DNA from: a virus
Taxonomy: Duplodnaviria > Heunggongvirae > Uroviricota > Caudoviricetes
Direction: 5' to 3' (one strand)
IMG/VR virus record: IMGVR_UViG_651324052_000001
Location: 96,603-160,602 of that record
DNA length: 64,000 bases
Shown: positions 17,982-27,733 of the stretch, piece by piece
Layout: each line of letters starts with the position of its first letter
Numbering within the stretch: position 1 is the stretch's first letter
Position numbers and translations under genes: made by a program
The notes under the pieces: generated by a model
What the model was told of the DNA's origin: nothing
What the model saw: the letters and a program-made list of their open reading frames with translations, nothing else
Database searches by the model: none

Positions 17982-19455
17982 TTTATCAGTACCAGTTGAA
18001 AAAATACCATTTATTCGTAGTATTGAAGGAAGGAAATTCAGGGATGGCAAGTGGCTATTCCCTGAAAATTCATCTGAAACTCTTATTAAATACGGATTGT
18101 TAGATACGGAATATAAGGTAGAAGAAAAGAAAATTGTCCAATATGAATTATCACCATTTTTATATAAACATCAAAAAGAAGTTGTAAATAAAGCACTAAA
18201 TGAAAATGGATATGGATTATTTCTTGATACTGGATGTGGAAAAACTCTATGCGGAATTGAGATTGCAAAACATTTAGGCAAAACGTTAGTATTGTGTCCA
18301 TTATCAATTATTGAAACGGCTTGGATTGATGACTGTAATAAATTTTATCCAGAGTTAAAGATTGTAAACTGTTGGGGTAATTCAAAGCAAAAAAGATTAG
18401 AAGTATTGAATATAGAAGCAGATATTTATGTAATGAATTATGAGAGCTTTAAAATCATTAAAAATGAAATTAGAAAAAAAGATTTCAAATGTATGATTGT
18501 TGATGAGAGTTCTGTTATGAAGAATATGAAATCACAGATCACGACAGATATTCTTTCTTGTGTGGATTTTATTCCTAGAAGATATGTTCTTAGTGGGTGT
18601 CCAACACCTAATCATAATCTCGAAATTTTTCCACAAATTAAATTATGCAATTCTGATATGTTTGGCAATAATTATCTCGGTTTTCAAGCATCATATTTTC
18701 ATCAAGATTTAGAGAATCCCCATGTATGGTATCAAACACAAGATGACAAAGATAGATTCTTTAGAAAGCTGTCTCAATGTTCTGTATTTGTAAATAAAGA
18801 AGATTGCGTTGAACTTCCGGATAAGATTTTTTCTATTAAAGAATTTGATTTAGATAAAAATCAAAGGAAGTATTATAACGATATTTTAAATGATATTAAA
18901 GAACATATTAATGAATGGTCTAAATTTGAATTTACAGCAAAGCTTATGAAATTAAGAGAAGTTGTAAGCGGTTTTGTTATTCAAAAGAATGGTGATGTGA
19001 CTGACTTCAAAACGAATAAAGATAATATTTTAGAAGATACTTTAAATGAAATCGGGGATAAACAGGTAATAGTATGGTGTCAGTTTATACATGAGATAGA
19101 AAAGCTTGCAGAAAAATTTGATGGAACTGCATTGACTTCAAAAACAAAAAATCGTGATGACATTATTCGTAGTTTTAAAAACGGAGATATTAAATTGTTA
19201 TTTGCACATCCTAAGTTATTAGGAAAGGGTGCGACTTTTACTAATTGTACATATAACATTTATTATTCTTTGAGTTTTAGTTATGAAGAGTTTAAACAAA
19301 GTCAAGACCGAATTCATAGAATCGGTCAAGCAAACAAGTGTACTTATATCATTTTGCAAGGAAAGAATACAATTGATAAAAGAATTTATAATAGCTTGCA
19401 GCGAAAAGGAAATGCAGTTGATGAATTGTATTTAGAAATGGGGTTGAAGAACTAA
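17974..19455 (+). CDS. SNF2-family helicase
   Basis: LDTGCGKT (motif I), MIVDESS (motif II), QSQDRIHRIGQ (motif VI); overlaps the MTase by 8 nt. Confidence 0.7.
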   Translation: MISLSVPVEKIPFIRSIEGRKFRDGKWLFPENSSETLIKYGLLDTEYKVEEKKIVQYELSPFLYKHQKEVVNKALNENGYGLFLDTGCGKTLCGIEIAKHLGKTLVLCPLSIIETAWIDDCNKFYPELKIVNCWGNSKQKRLEVLNIEADIYVMNYESFKIIKNEIRKKDFKCMIVDESSVMKNMKSQITTDILSCVDFIPRRYVLSGCPTPNHNLEIFPQIKLCNSDMFGNNYLGFQASYFHQDLENPHVWYQTQDDKDRFFRKLSQCSVFVNKEDCVELPDKIFSIKEFDLDKNQRKYYNDILNDIKEHINEWSKFEFTAKLMKLREVVSGFVIQKNGDVTDFKTNKDNILEDTLNEIGDKQVIVWCQFIHEIEKLAEKFDGTALTSKTKNRDDIIRSFKNGDIKLLFAHPKLLGKGATFTNCTYNIYYSLSFSYEEFKQSQDRIHRIGQANKCTYIILQGKNTIDKRIYNSLQRKGNAVDELYLEMGLKN

Positions 19456-19467
19456 GAGAATATGTAA

Positions 19468-19767
19468 ATGAAAAAGGAGATGCGGTTGATGAATAGAGAT
19501 TGGAATTCGGTTAAAAAAGTTGGGCTTCCAGAATTAGAAGAGGTTACAACAACAAAATTCAGTTCTGTATATAAAAGCAAAGAAGTTCTAATTCAAACCA
19601 AACGAGGTGAGCGGTTTGTAGCATATTGCAGAAAAGAAGTGTATGTAGACAAAAGATGGAGAGATGGAATCAACTGGTATACATATGGAACTGGTGGTAG
19701 AAAAATGAAAGTAATGAGTAAAGTTGTTGCTTGGATGGAATTACCTAAGAAATATAAAGGAGAATAA
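19468..19767 (+). CDS. hypothetical protein
   Basis: 99 aa; AAGGAG RBS. Confidence 0.4.
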   Translation: MKKEMRLMNRDWNSVKKVGLPELEEVTTTKFSSVYKSKEVLIQTKRGERFVAYCRKEVYVDKRWRDGINWYTYGTGGRKMKVMSKVVAWMELPKKYKGE

Positions 19768-19772
19768 AATAT

Positions 19773-20045
19773 ATGAAAAAGAAAATAATTGCACTAATTC
19801 TCTCTATGACTGCTATGACATCAGTTGTTTCATGTCATGGGAAAGAAGTAGAAGCCAGAGATGAAGAAATGTTTGTTGTAGTGCAAGAAAATCGGGAATA
19901 TGACATTGTTTACGATAAAGAGACTAAGGTTATGTATACATATTCAAAAGGTGGTAATGGTTACGGAACCAAGTATAACAACAGAGGAATGTTTACTTTA
20001 TTAGTCGATAAAGACGGAAAACCAAAGTTATGGAATGGAAAGTAG
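19773..20045 (+). CDS. putative secreted or lipoprotein
   Basis: Signal peptide MKKKIIALILSMTAMTSVVSC. Confidence 0.45.
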   Translation: MKKKIIALILSMTAMTSVVSCHGKEVEARDEEMFVVVQENREYDIVYDKETKVMYTYSKGGNGYGTKYNNRGMFTLLVDKDGKPKLWNGK

Positions 20046-20080
20046 AGATATTTTGAAAAAGTAAGGGAAAGAATATAAAC

Positions 20081-20245
20081 ATGGATGTTATAACAATAAA
20101 TACTGACTGTCAAGAAGAGTATGAACGAAAAGTAAGATCATTTTTAGAATATGGATATGAGTTAAAATCATGTTCATGTGGTTATTATGGTATCGCAAGT
20201 GGCAGTTGCTTTCCTTATTGGATGGCTATTTTGGTAAAAGAATGA
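20081..20245 (+). CDS. small hypothetical protein (54 aa)
   Basis: Below track cutoff; weak RBS. Confidence 0.3.
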   Translation: MDVITINTDCQEEYERKVRSFLEYGYELKSCSCGYYGIASGSCFPYWMAILVKE

Positions 20246-20272
20246 ATTGTCTGTTTCATGTGAGGTGAAAAT

Positions 20273-20662
20273 ATGAAGATAGAGAAAAATAAACTTGTAA
20301 AAGTATTTTGGAAAAGTCCAAGATTTTCTAATAAATTAAAAATAAATGGAACAAAAGGAATAATATTGGATTCGATTAAAGTTGTGGAATGTGAACGTGG
20401 TGTTTCAAATTTTCCTCATTATATAAGTGTAGAGGATAATGGCGATATTTTAATTACACCAATGGACGCACATGGCAATTATTTTGTGATTGCTGAAAGA
20501 GCAATCAATGCGGATGTATTAGAGATTAAAGCAGAAGATTATATTCAACATTACGCAACAATGGGTGGAGCTCATGAATTCGTTTTGAAGGATAAAATTG
20601 ATAATAATTCCGACGATTTTTTAAAGGTATTTTTGAAGAAGAATACATATGGGAAGTTTTGA
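20273..20662 (+). CDS. hypothetical protein
   Basis: 129 aa; GAGGTGA RBS. Confidence 0.45.
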   Translation: MKIEKNKLVKVFWKSPRFSNKLKINGTKGIILDSIKVVECERGVSNFPHYISVEDNGDILITPMDAHGNYFVIAERAINADVLEIKAEDYIQHYATMGGAHEFVLKDKIDNNSDDFLKVFLKKNTYGKF

Positions 20663-20903
20663 AGATATTTTTGGAGACTATTTTGAAGCCTATAAGACCA
20701 CATCACAATATAAAGATAGTTCTAAAATGGAAATTATGTTTCGCCGTCAAGAATTCGAAAAGAACTTAGATGATATGTGGTTCAATTATAGCAAAGGGAT
20801 GGTTGTACAATTGGTAAATTATAATAAGCAACTTGATAGTATTAAAAACTGTGGACTAAAAGTGCTAAGGAATTCAGCAGGTAAACATAAGATAGTCGTT
20901 TAA
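20649..20903 (+). CDS. hypothetical protein
   Basis: 84 aa. Confidence 0.4.
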   Translation: MGSFEDIFGDYFEAYKTTSQYKDSSKMEIMFRRQEFEKNLDDMWFNYSKGMVVQLVNYNKQLDSIKNCGLKVLRNSAGKHKIVV

Positions 20904-20940
20904 TTTAAAATAAAGATTTTTATAGAATGAGGTAAGTAAA

Positions 20941-21168
20941 TTGTCTTGGAGATATGAAAAGTTTAAACATAATGCTGCGGTATATGCGATATGTCCTAAG
21001 TGTAATTTTTATTATTCGTGTGGCGGTTTAGGTGCTAAAGATAGAGAGACGATAATTAATAAAGTCTATAACTACTGTCCAAACTGCGGAAGTTATGAAA
21101 ACGATGACCTCGATGAGAAAGATATTATTTGGAATGAGAGGTACATAGAAGATTTTGAAATTTATTAA
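20941..21168 (+). CDS. zinc-ribbon protein
   Basis: CPKC...CPNC; TTG start after GAGGT. Confidence 0.45.
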   Translation: MSWRYEKFKHNAAVYAICPKCNFYYSCGGLGAKDRETIINKVYNYCPNCGSYENDDLDEKDIIWNERYIEDFEIY

Positions 21169-21209
21169 TATTAAATGAAGTGATATGCAATTTTCAATTG
21201 GTGGGTTGA

Positions 21210-21476
21210 GGTAAATTTTGTTTTGAAAAAATAGAGAAAAATATTGTTAGTTCTGAAGTATTTTACGAATTATCAGAGAAAGAACTTAAAGAAATAAAAT
21301 CAGAATTAAGAGCAGCCGGTAGAAAAGATGTCGCAGAGTATATCTTTTATGCACTCTCAAACTATATTTATGAATTAAATATTGGTGGAGTTAATAGTTT
21401 TATGCATGAGTTAATACCATTTTTGAAAAGAAAATCAGGTGGTATTAGAAATCATGGAATATATGATTTTTTTTGA
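21210..21476 (+). pseudogene. start-less protein-like ORF (89 codons); probably a frame-disrupted gene starting at TTG 21223
   Basis: No ATG, GTG or TTG before codon 60; a GAGGT-TTG start lies in the +1 frame and meets this frame at the A6 tract 21226-21231. Confidence 0.25.
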
Positions 21477-21497
21477 ATGGTGTGAAAAGGAGAGGAA

Positions 21498-22142
21498 ATG
21501 AGATTTAAAGGAGATATTATTATTACGGATCCATGTTATATCTGCAAAGAAAAGAAAGAAGCAGGAGAATATCCTAAGTTTAAAGATTACTTTTCTTATA
21601 GTAGTATGGAAGATTATCCAGATTACAGAAGAATGGATGAAAATGAAATTAAAGCATTAGAAGAAAAAAGCGGATTTCCAAAAGAATTTTTATTAGATGA
21701 ATGGATTCATAAATCAGATCAGTATGAAGAAGAGAATAAAAAATACAATGCAGCACTTCAGGAATATAGAAAAAATAATATTTCTGATTGGGAACTATGT
21801 AACTATGGAGAAGACATGGAAATGTTAGGAATCAAAAATTATATCTGTCGAGATACATTATATGGAGATTGGTATTGCGCTACTTACGATTCCAACACAC
21901 ATGAAAAGCTTGGAGAATTTTGTGCGGATGCTGGAATGGTTGGAGTCTTTTTGCTTGATGAAGTTTTGAAATACAATCCAGATTTTAATTATCATATTGA
22001 ACGTCCGTGGACAACAACATTAATTAAAAATTTTGATGGAGAAATTGATTTTGAAATTGTTTTTCATAGCAATGGTGATAATTCTGTAAGCGTTGTTGGA
22101 AGAGGGAATATTAATTTTGAAACAAGACAGACAGGGTTTTAA
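21498..22142 (+). CDS. hypothetical protein
   Basis: 214 aa; AGGAGAGG RBS. Confidence 0.5.
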   Translation: MRFKGDIIITDPCYICKEKKEAGEYPKFKDYFSYSSMEDYPDYRRMDENEIKALEEKSGFPKEFLLDEWIHKSDQYEEENKKYNAALQEYRKNNISDWELCNYGEDMEMLGIKNYICRDTLYGDWYCATYDSNTHEKLGEFCADAGMVGVFLLDEVLKYNPDFNYHIERPWTTTLIKNFDGEIDFEIVFHSNGDNSVSVVGRGNINFETRQTGF

Positions 22143-22279
22143 AATGTGGGGTGCAAATAATGTGTTGTGAGTTTTGCAATCGTATACATCCAAAATTAAA
22201 AGAAATAAACATGTATGAATGTGTAGATGTAAATAGTAGAAAATATTAAACATATATTTAAAGGATTAGTAATGGAATA

Positions 22280-22301
22280 AAATAAAACTCACGTTTTATT
22301 T
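22280..22301. terminator. AT-rich hairpin AAATAAAAC-tcac-GTTTTATTT
   Basis: 9-bp stem in an intergenic region; the U-tract is clearer on the minus strand. Confidence 0.3.
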
Positions 22302-22437
22302 CGTATACCCTAAACTAGCTATTTTCGTACCAGATACAGAGAAATATCCATGATTCTTGTTCATTCATCTGAGATAGAAACTTTAAAAAACCTTTATTTT
22401 AAAGGAAAAAAGACTTGATTTATTAGGGAGGAAAAAA

Positions 22438-22632
22438 ATGAAAAAATACAGATACGACATAATTTGTGCAGATTTGGTGTGTGGAGTAAGAGAACATCCG
22501 CAAAAACAAATGAAAAAGTTGGGCTTTAATGTTGTAAAATCAAAACCGATTCCAATTGCAGATTGTTGGATTTTTGAAGTTGATAACGATATTGAAAATA
22601 TTCCAGAATATTTAGTTGAAGTTCATATTTAA
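22438..22632 (+). CDS. hypothetical protein
   Basis: 64 aa; GGGAGG RBS. Confidence 0.4.
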   Translation: MKKYRYDIICADLVCGVREHPQKQMKKLGFNVVKSKPIPIADCWIFEVDNDIENIPEYLVEVHI

Positions 22633-22731
22633 TAAAAGTTGAGATAAGGAAAGAGAATATATAAATAAGTAACAACAAGATAAAAGAAAGGATAAACGTT
22701 CACATGTGAATAAAGCTGCGCGGCTACTAAG

Positions 22732-23742
22732 GTGAACTTAAAATTGAAAAATTATATTCCCCAAAAAGCAAGTACGATTGAAGAATTAATCGAAGCATGT
22801 CCTAAGAATCAAACGATACTAGATAACCTGATTAGGACATGGGCAATTATAAACAGTCCCAAATATCAAAATATTTTATGCAGTATTTCAGGCGGATCAG
22901 ATAGCGATATTATGTTAGATATTGTTTGGAGATGCGACAAAGACGATAAAGTAGATTATGTATGGTTTGATACTGGGCTTGAATATCAAGCAACAAAAAA
23001 TCATTTAAAATATTTAGAAGAGAAATATAATATAAAGTTTATTCGTAAGAAAGCGATTAAGCCCATTCCTACAAGTTGTAATGAGTATGGACAACCTTTT
23101 ATCTCGAAAAATGTAAGTGAATTTATGTCAAGATTACAGAAGCATGGATTTCAATGGGAGGACAAAGATTTTGATTACCTGATGAAAAAATATCCAAAAT
23201 GTAAATCTGCTTTGTCATGGTGGTGTAATGAAAATGGAGATAAATCTTCGTTTAATATATCAAGAAATAGATATTTAAAGGAGTTTATAATTGCAAATCC
23301 TCCCCAATTTAAAATATCAAATAAGTGTTGTACTTATTCAAAGAAAAAAATCTTTCATGGCATGATTAAAGAGAATGAATATGAACTTAATATTTTCGGA
23401 GTTAGGAAATCAGAAGGTGGGGCTAGATCGGCGGCTTACAAGAGCTGTTTTGATGATACAGATGGCGATTACGATAATTACAGACCTATTTTCTGGTACA
23501 AAGATCAAGACAAAATTGATTATGAAAATGCATATGGAATTACACATAGCAAATGTTATACAGAATATGGTTTGAAAAGAACTGGATGCGTAGGCTGCCC
23601 ATTTGGAAGAGATTTTGAATTTGAACTAAATGTAGTAAATAGCTATGAGCCAAAATTACATAAGGCTGTTTGTAATATATTTAAAGATTCTTATGAGTAT
23701 ACAAGAAAATACAAGGAGTTTGTAAAAAATATGAAAGGTTAA
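22732..23742 (+). CDS. PP-loop ATP pyrophosphatase superfamily protein (PAPS-reductase / TtcA / TilS-like)
   Basis: SISGGSDSDIMLDIV PP-loop; C-terminal GCVGCPFG; likely start TTG 22744 after AAGGTGA. Confidence 0.6.
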   Translation: MNLKLKNYIPQKASTIEELIEACPKNQTILDNLIRTWAIINSPKYQNILCSISGGSDSDIMLDIVWRCDKDDKVDYVWFDTGLEYQATKNHLKYLEEKYNIKFIRKKAIKPIPTSCNEYGQPFISKNVSEFMSRLQKHGFQWEDKDFDYLMKKYPKCKSALSWWCNENGDKSSFNISRNRYLKEFIIANPPQFKISNKCCTYSKKKIFHGMIKENEYELNIFGVRKSEGGARSAAYKSCFDDTDGDYDNYRPIFWYKDQDKIDYENAYGITHSKCYTEYGLKRTGCVGCPFGRDFEFELNVVNSYEPKLHKAVCNIFKDSYEYTRKYKEFVKNMKG

Positions 23743-23942
23743 TGGTCATGACAATTGCAAGCAACATAAAGAGATATATGGAAGAGAAAAATATAACAGT
23801 TATGGACATTGTATTAAACACATCTTTTTCAAGAAATGATATTGAAAGAATATTATCAGGAGAATTAATGATTTGTCCATGTGGATTAAAAGAAATTGCA
23901 ACAGTTCTTGGTGTAAGTAAAAGAGATTTAATGAAAGGTTAA
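23742..23942 (+). CDS. XRE/Cro-like HTH regulator
   Basis: 66 aa; ATGA overlap with the upstream gene. Confidence 0.5.
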   Translation: MVMTIASNIKRYMEEKNITVMDIVLNTSFSRNDIERILSGELMICPCGLKEIATVLGVSKRDLMKG

Positions 23943-23958
23943 TTTTATTTAATAATAA

Positions 23959-24930
23959 TTGGAGGAGAATATGGAAATTATCAAAACGCATACAGGGAAA
24001 ATATATGTAGATAGAGAAAAACAGCTAGAATTTTTAACTGTCGGGGACTATGGAAAAGAGAATAATATTAAGGCAGATTTTCTTGGATTGCATAAAGAAA
24101 TTAACGGTGTAGTAAATACTGAAGTTGACTTAACGAAAAAATGGGTTGCAACAATTAGTACACAAAAAGGATGTCCAATGAAATGTAGGTTTTGTGATTG
24201 TCCTAAATATGGTTTTTATGGGAATGTTTCATTAGATGAATTATGTTATGAAATTGAAACTATTTTAGAACACGAAGATGTAAATATTACTGAAAGGTTT
24301 AATGTTCATTTCGCCAGAATGGGAGAACCAACATTTAATAATAATGTTCTTTATTTTACAGAGTATATGTTGCAGAGAATTGTAAAATCTTATATCGATG
24401 TAAAGACTATTCATCCTGTTATATCTACAATGTTACCAAAATCAAATAAAAACTTAAAAGAATTCATTTTGAAGTGGTGTAATATTAAAAACAATACTTA
24501 TAACGGAGACGCCGGATTACAGTTTAGCATTAATAGTACAGATAATGATCAAAGAAACGAACAATTTAATAATATGTCATTGGAACTAGAGGAAATTTCT
24601 AAAATTGCAAAAGAACTTCCGGCACCGAAAGGGAGAAAGTATACATTAAACTTCGCTGTTACAAAAGATACGATTATTGATGTAAAGAGACTTTCTGATT
24701 TATTTGATAAGGAAAAGTTCATTGTAAAAATAACACCAATTCACGAAACAAATTCTGCGATTGATAATGGATTTGATGTCACAACTTCCTATACTGATTA
24801 TGATGTTTATAGAGAATTTGAAAGACCGTTAGTTAAAGCAGGGTGGGATGTTATTGTGTTTGTTCCAAGCAAGGAAGAAGATAGCGACCGTATTACATGT
24901 GGTAATGCATTAATATCTTCATCTTTATAA
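23959..24930 (+). CDS. RlmN/Cfr-family radical SAM methyltransferase homologue lacking the N-terminal accessory domain
   Basis: STQKGCPMKCRFC (RlmN: SSQVGCALECKFC), ARMGEPTFNN (MGMGEPLLN), VISTMLP, FSINSTDNDQRNE (ISLHAPNDEIRDE), C-terminal RITCGNAL (AACGQL). Confidence 0.6.
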   Translation: MEENMEIIKTHTGKIYVDREKQLEFLTVGDYGKENNIKADFLGLHKEINGVVNTEVDLTKKWVATISTQKGCPMKCRFCDCPKYGFYGNVSLDELCYEIETILEHEDVNITERFNVHFARMGEPTFNNNVLYFTEYMLQRIVKSYIDVKTIHPVISTMLPKSNKNLKEFILKWCNIKNNTYNGDAGLQFSINSTDNDQRNEQFNNMSLELEEISKIAKELPAPKGRKYTLNFAVTKDTIIDVKRLSDLFDKEKFIVKITPIHETNSAIDNGFDVTTSYTDYDVYREFERPLVKAGWDVIVFVPSKEEDSDRITCGNALISSSL

Positions 24931-24965
24931 TGAAAGAATAGTTTCGTTCAAAATGAGGTGATAGC

Positions 24966-25481
24966 ATGACAGATTATCAGAGGCAGTTAGTAACTGACAA
25001 TCATAATTTGATCTATAGATTTTTACAGAAAGAAAAATTAAATATGGAAGATTGGTATGATTTGGCTGCAATTGGAATGTGTAAAGCAGCAAAAACATTT
25101 AATGAAGGAACGTCCAAATTTTCTACATATGCATTTAAATGTATGTTTAACGAAGTGTATAGCGAAAAAAGAAAAGAATTAAATAAGAGAACAATTCCAG
25201 AAGACAAGATTCTTTATTACAACACTGAGTATGAGGATGGATCTGGAAATAAAGTAGAATTTATTGAAAAAATACAATCGGATTACAACGTTGAGAGCGA
25301 CTGTATTCGTAAAGTTACTTTAAAAAATGCATTTAATAAAATGAAAGAAAAACATAAACCTATCATCTCATTATTTTTACAAGGATATAAACAAGTAGAA
25401 ATAATGAAAATTGCTGGATGTTCTCAGCCACAAGTTTCGAGAGTTATGAAAAGATTTGTAGATGAATATGTGAGATGTTGA
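24966..25481 (+). CDS. sigma-70-family RNA polymerase sigma factor
   Basis: Region 2 DLAAIGMCKAAKTFNEGTSKFSTYAFKCMFNEV; region 4 ISLFLQGYKQVEIMKIAGCSQPQVSRVMKR. Confidence 0.7.
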   Translation: MTDYQRQLVTDNHNLIYRFLQKEKLNMEDWYDLAAIGMCKAAKTFNEGTSKFSTYAFKCMFNEVYSEKRKELNKRTIPEDKILYYNTEYEDGSGNKVEFIEKIQSDYNVESDCIRKVTLKNAFNKMKEKHKPIISLFLQGYKQVEIMKIAGCSQPQVSRVMKRFVDEYVRC

Positions 25482-25501
25482 GATAGAAGGAGATAAATAT
25501 T

Positions 25502-26806
25502 ATGTATTGTGGATATATTACAACACTTAAAGGATTAAGAAAACATAGTAATGCTGACCGTTTACAGTGTGTAGAGGTATTCGGACAGAATGTAATTGTG
25601 GATTTGAGTTATAAAGATGGGCAGAGGGTTGTATTTTTCCCGTCTGATGGACAGCTTTCTGAAGAGTATGCAAATGACAACAAACTTGTGAGAGTAAAGG
25701 ACGAAAACGGTAATAACGTTGGTGGTTATATGGATCCAAATAAGAGAAATGTAACTGCAATCAGATTAAGAGGTGAAAAATCTGAAGGGCTGATTTTGCC
25801 AATTGATACACTTTCGAAATATACTGATATTAATAAACTGAAAGATGGGGATCAAATTACAGTTCTTGGAGGAAGCGAGATTTGTAAAAAGTATATTCCA
25901 AGAGGGAATAAAAGAAGCAATATTAACTCTAATAAAAAGAAAGAGAAGTATAAAGAAAATATTTCCTATCCATTTTTTGAAGAACATAAAGATACTGCAC
26001 AGCTTGCATATAATTTAAATTCTTTTAAGCCTGGCGATACAGTGTATATTACACGTAAGCTTCATGGAACTTCTGCTCGTACTGCTAAGACATTAAAAAT
26101 TACAAAGAAAAATAGTAAGTTGAGAAAATTATTACATATGAAACAGAAACAGATAAAAGAAATTTCTGTTGTGTCTGGAAGTAGAAGAGTTGTAATTAAA
26201 GATTTGAATAGCACAGATGGATATTATTCTGATAATGCATTCAGAAAAAAATATCATGATTTGTTAAAAGACAAATTACCTGAAGGGTGTGAAGTGTTTT
26301 ACGAAATTGTAGGGTATGTAAATGAAACTACGCCGATTATGGGATCTGTATCAAATTCAAAGGTCAAAGATAAAGAGTTCACAAAGAAGTTTGGAAAAGA
26401 GACTACATTTTCTTACGGTTGTCAACCTGGAGAATCTGAGATGTATGTTTACCGTATGACTATGACGACAGGTGATGGAACAGTAATGGAAGTTCCTTGG
26501 GAAGTGGTTAAAATTTGGTGCGATAAACTTGGTGTGAAATATGTTCCAGAATTAGAAAAATTTATTTATACAACAAAAGAAGATCTAATGGAAAGAGTGA
26601 ATAAATATTTATCTGGTATGCCGGCAGACGAAATTGGAAGAACACATATTGCTGAAGGTGTGGTTGTACGTATTGACAATAGAGAATCATTCACAGCTTA
26701 TAAGGACAAAGTGTTTGAGTTTAAGGTAATTGAATCAATTATTAAAGATACTTCAGATGTTCCGGATATGGAAGAGGCTGAGGAGCTTATGGGGGAAGTA
26801 ATGTAA
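25502..26806 (+). CDS. ATP-dependent RNA ligase with N-terminal OB-like domain (Rnl5/DraRnl-like architecture)
   Basis: Motif I RKLHGTS (KxHGT), motif IV EGVVVRI, motif V KDK; about 180-aa N-terminal extension. Confidence 0.6.
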   Translation: MYCGYITTLKGLRKHSNADRLQCVEVFGQNVIVDLSYKDGQRVVFFPSDGQLSEEYANDNKLVRVKDENGNNVGGYMDPNKRNVTAIRLRGEKSEGLILPIDTLSKYTDINKLKDGDQITVLGGSEICKKYIPRGNKRSNINSNKKKEKYKENISYPFFEEHKDTAQLAYNLNSFKPGDTVYITRKLHGTSARTAKTLKITKKNSKLRKLLHMKQKQIKEISVVSGSRRVVIKDLNSTDGYYSDNAFRKKYHDLLKDKLPEGCEVFYEIVGYVNETTPIMGSVSNSKVKDKEFTKKFGKETTFSYGCQPGESEMYVYRMTMTTGDGTVMEVPWEVVKIWCDKLGVKYVPELEKFIYTTKEDLMERVNKYLSGMPADEIGRTHIAEGVVVRIDNRESFTAYKDKVFEFKVIESIIKDTSDVPDMEEAEELMGEVM

Positions 26807-27733
26807 ATGAAACCTAAATTATATATTATGTGTGGACTTTCCGGAAGTGGAAAGTCCAGCATTGCAAGAGATTTAGCCATTAAACATAATGCAGAGATTG
26901 TATCTTCAGATGCAATTAGAGAAGAATTGTTTGGATCATGCCAAAATCAATATGATAATGAAAAAGTGTTTAATATTTTTAATAAGAGAATAAAAGAATC
27001 ATTAAATGAGAATAAAAATGTAATTGCAGATGCAACGAATATCACGATAAAGTCACGACGTGCGATTGTTGAGTGCGTGAGAAAATTGGATATTGAGAAG
27101 ATTTGTTATATTGTACCTAAGAAATACAAAGATTGTGTTAAAGATAATAAGAATAGAGAACATACAGTACCAGAATATGTACTCGAAAAGCAGTTAAGAA
27201 GATTTCAAATTCCTTTTAAAGAAGAAGGATTTAGTGAAATGGTTATTCATGATATGGGATATACATATGCTGATAAAATCCTTCCAAATACAGTTATGGT
27301 ATCAATGACAGGATTTGATCAAAAAAATCCGCACCACAACATGTATTTAGAAGACCATTGTGACTTTACATATAACAAGTTTTCAGATTTGGCTGATCCT
27401 TATGATGCATATAAAAGCGGTTTTCTTCTTGGTGCAAAAATACATGATTTTGGTAAATTGTGTACACAAACGATTGATGAAAATGGGATTGCTCATTATT
27501 TTGGACATGAAAATGTCGGGGCGTATTGTGTTTTAACAACATTGCATAATCCATTTGAAGAATATAATACCGATGATTTTTTGTTAGATTGTTGTTTTTT
27601 AATTAATTATCACATGATACCTTTTAATTGGAACACGGAAAAAACTAAAAATAAATGGAAAAACATATTTGGCGAAGAAAAATATAACATGTTGTTAAGA
27701 TTTCATGAGTGTGATAAAGCGAGGTGTGAATAA
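26807..27733 (+). CDS. polynucleotide kinase (P-loop) fused to an HD-like phosphohydrolase domain
   Basis: Walker A GLSGSGKSS; C-terminal PHHNMYLEDHCD His/Asp cluster. Confidence 0.55.
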   Translation: MKPKLYIMCGLSGSGKSSIARDLAIKHNAEIVSSDAIREELFGSCQNQYDNEKVFNIFNKRIKESLNENKNVIADATNITIKSRRAIVECVRKLDIEKICYIVPKKYKDCVKDNKNREHTVPEYVLEKQLRRFQIPFKEEGFSEMVIHDMGYTYADKILPNTVMVSMTGFDQKNPHHNMYLEDHCDFTYNKFSDLADPYDAYKSGFLLGAKIHDFGKLCTQTIDENGIAHYFGHENVGAYCVLTTLHNPFEEYNTDDFLLDCCFLINYHMIPFNWNTEKTKNKWKNIFGEEKYNMLLRFHECDKARCE

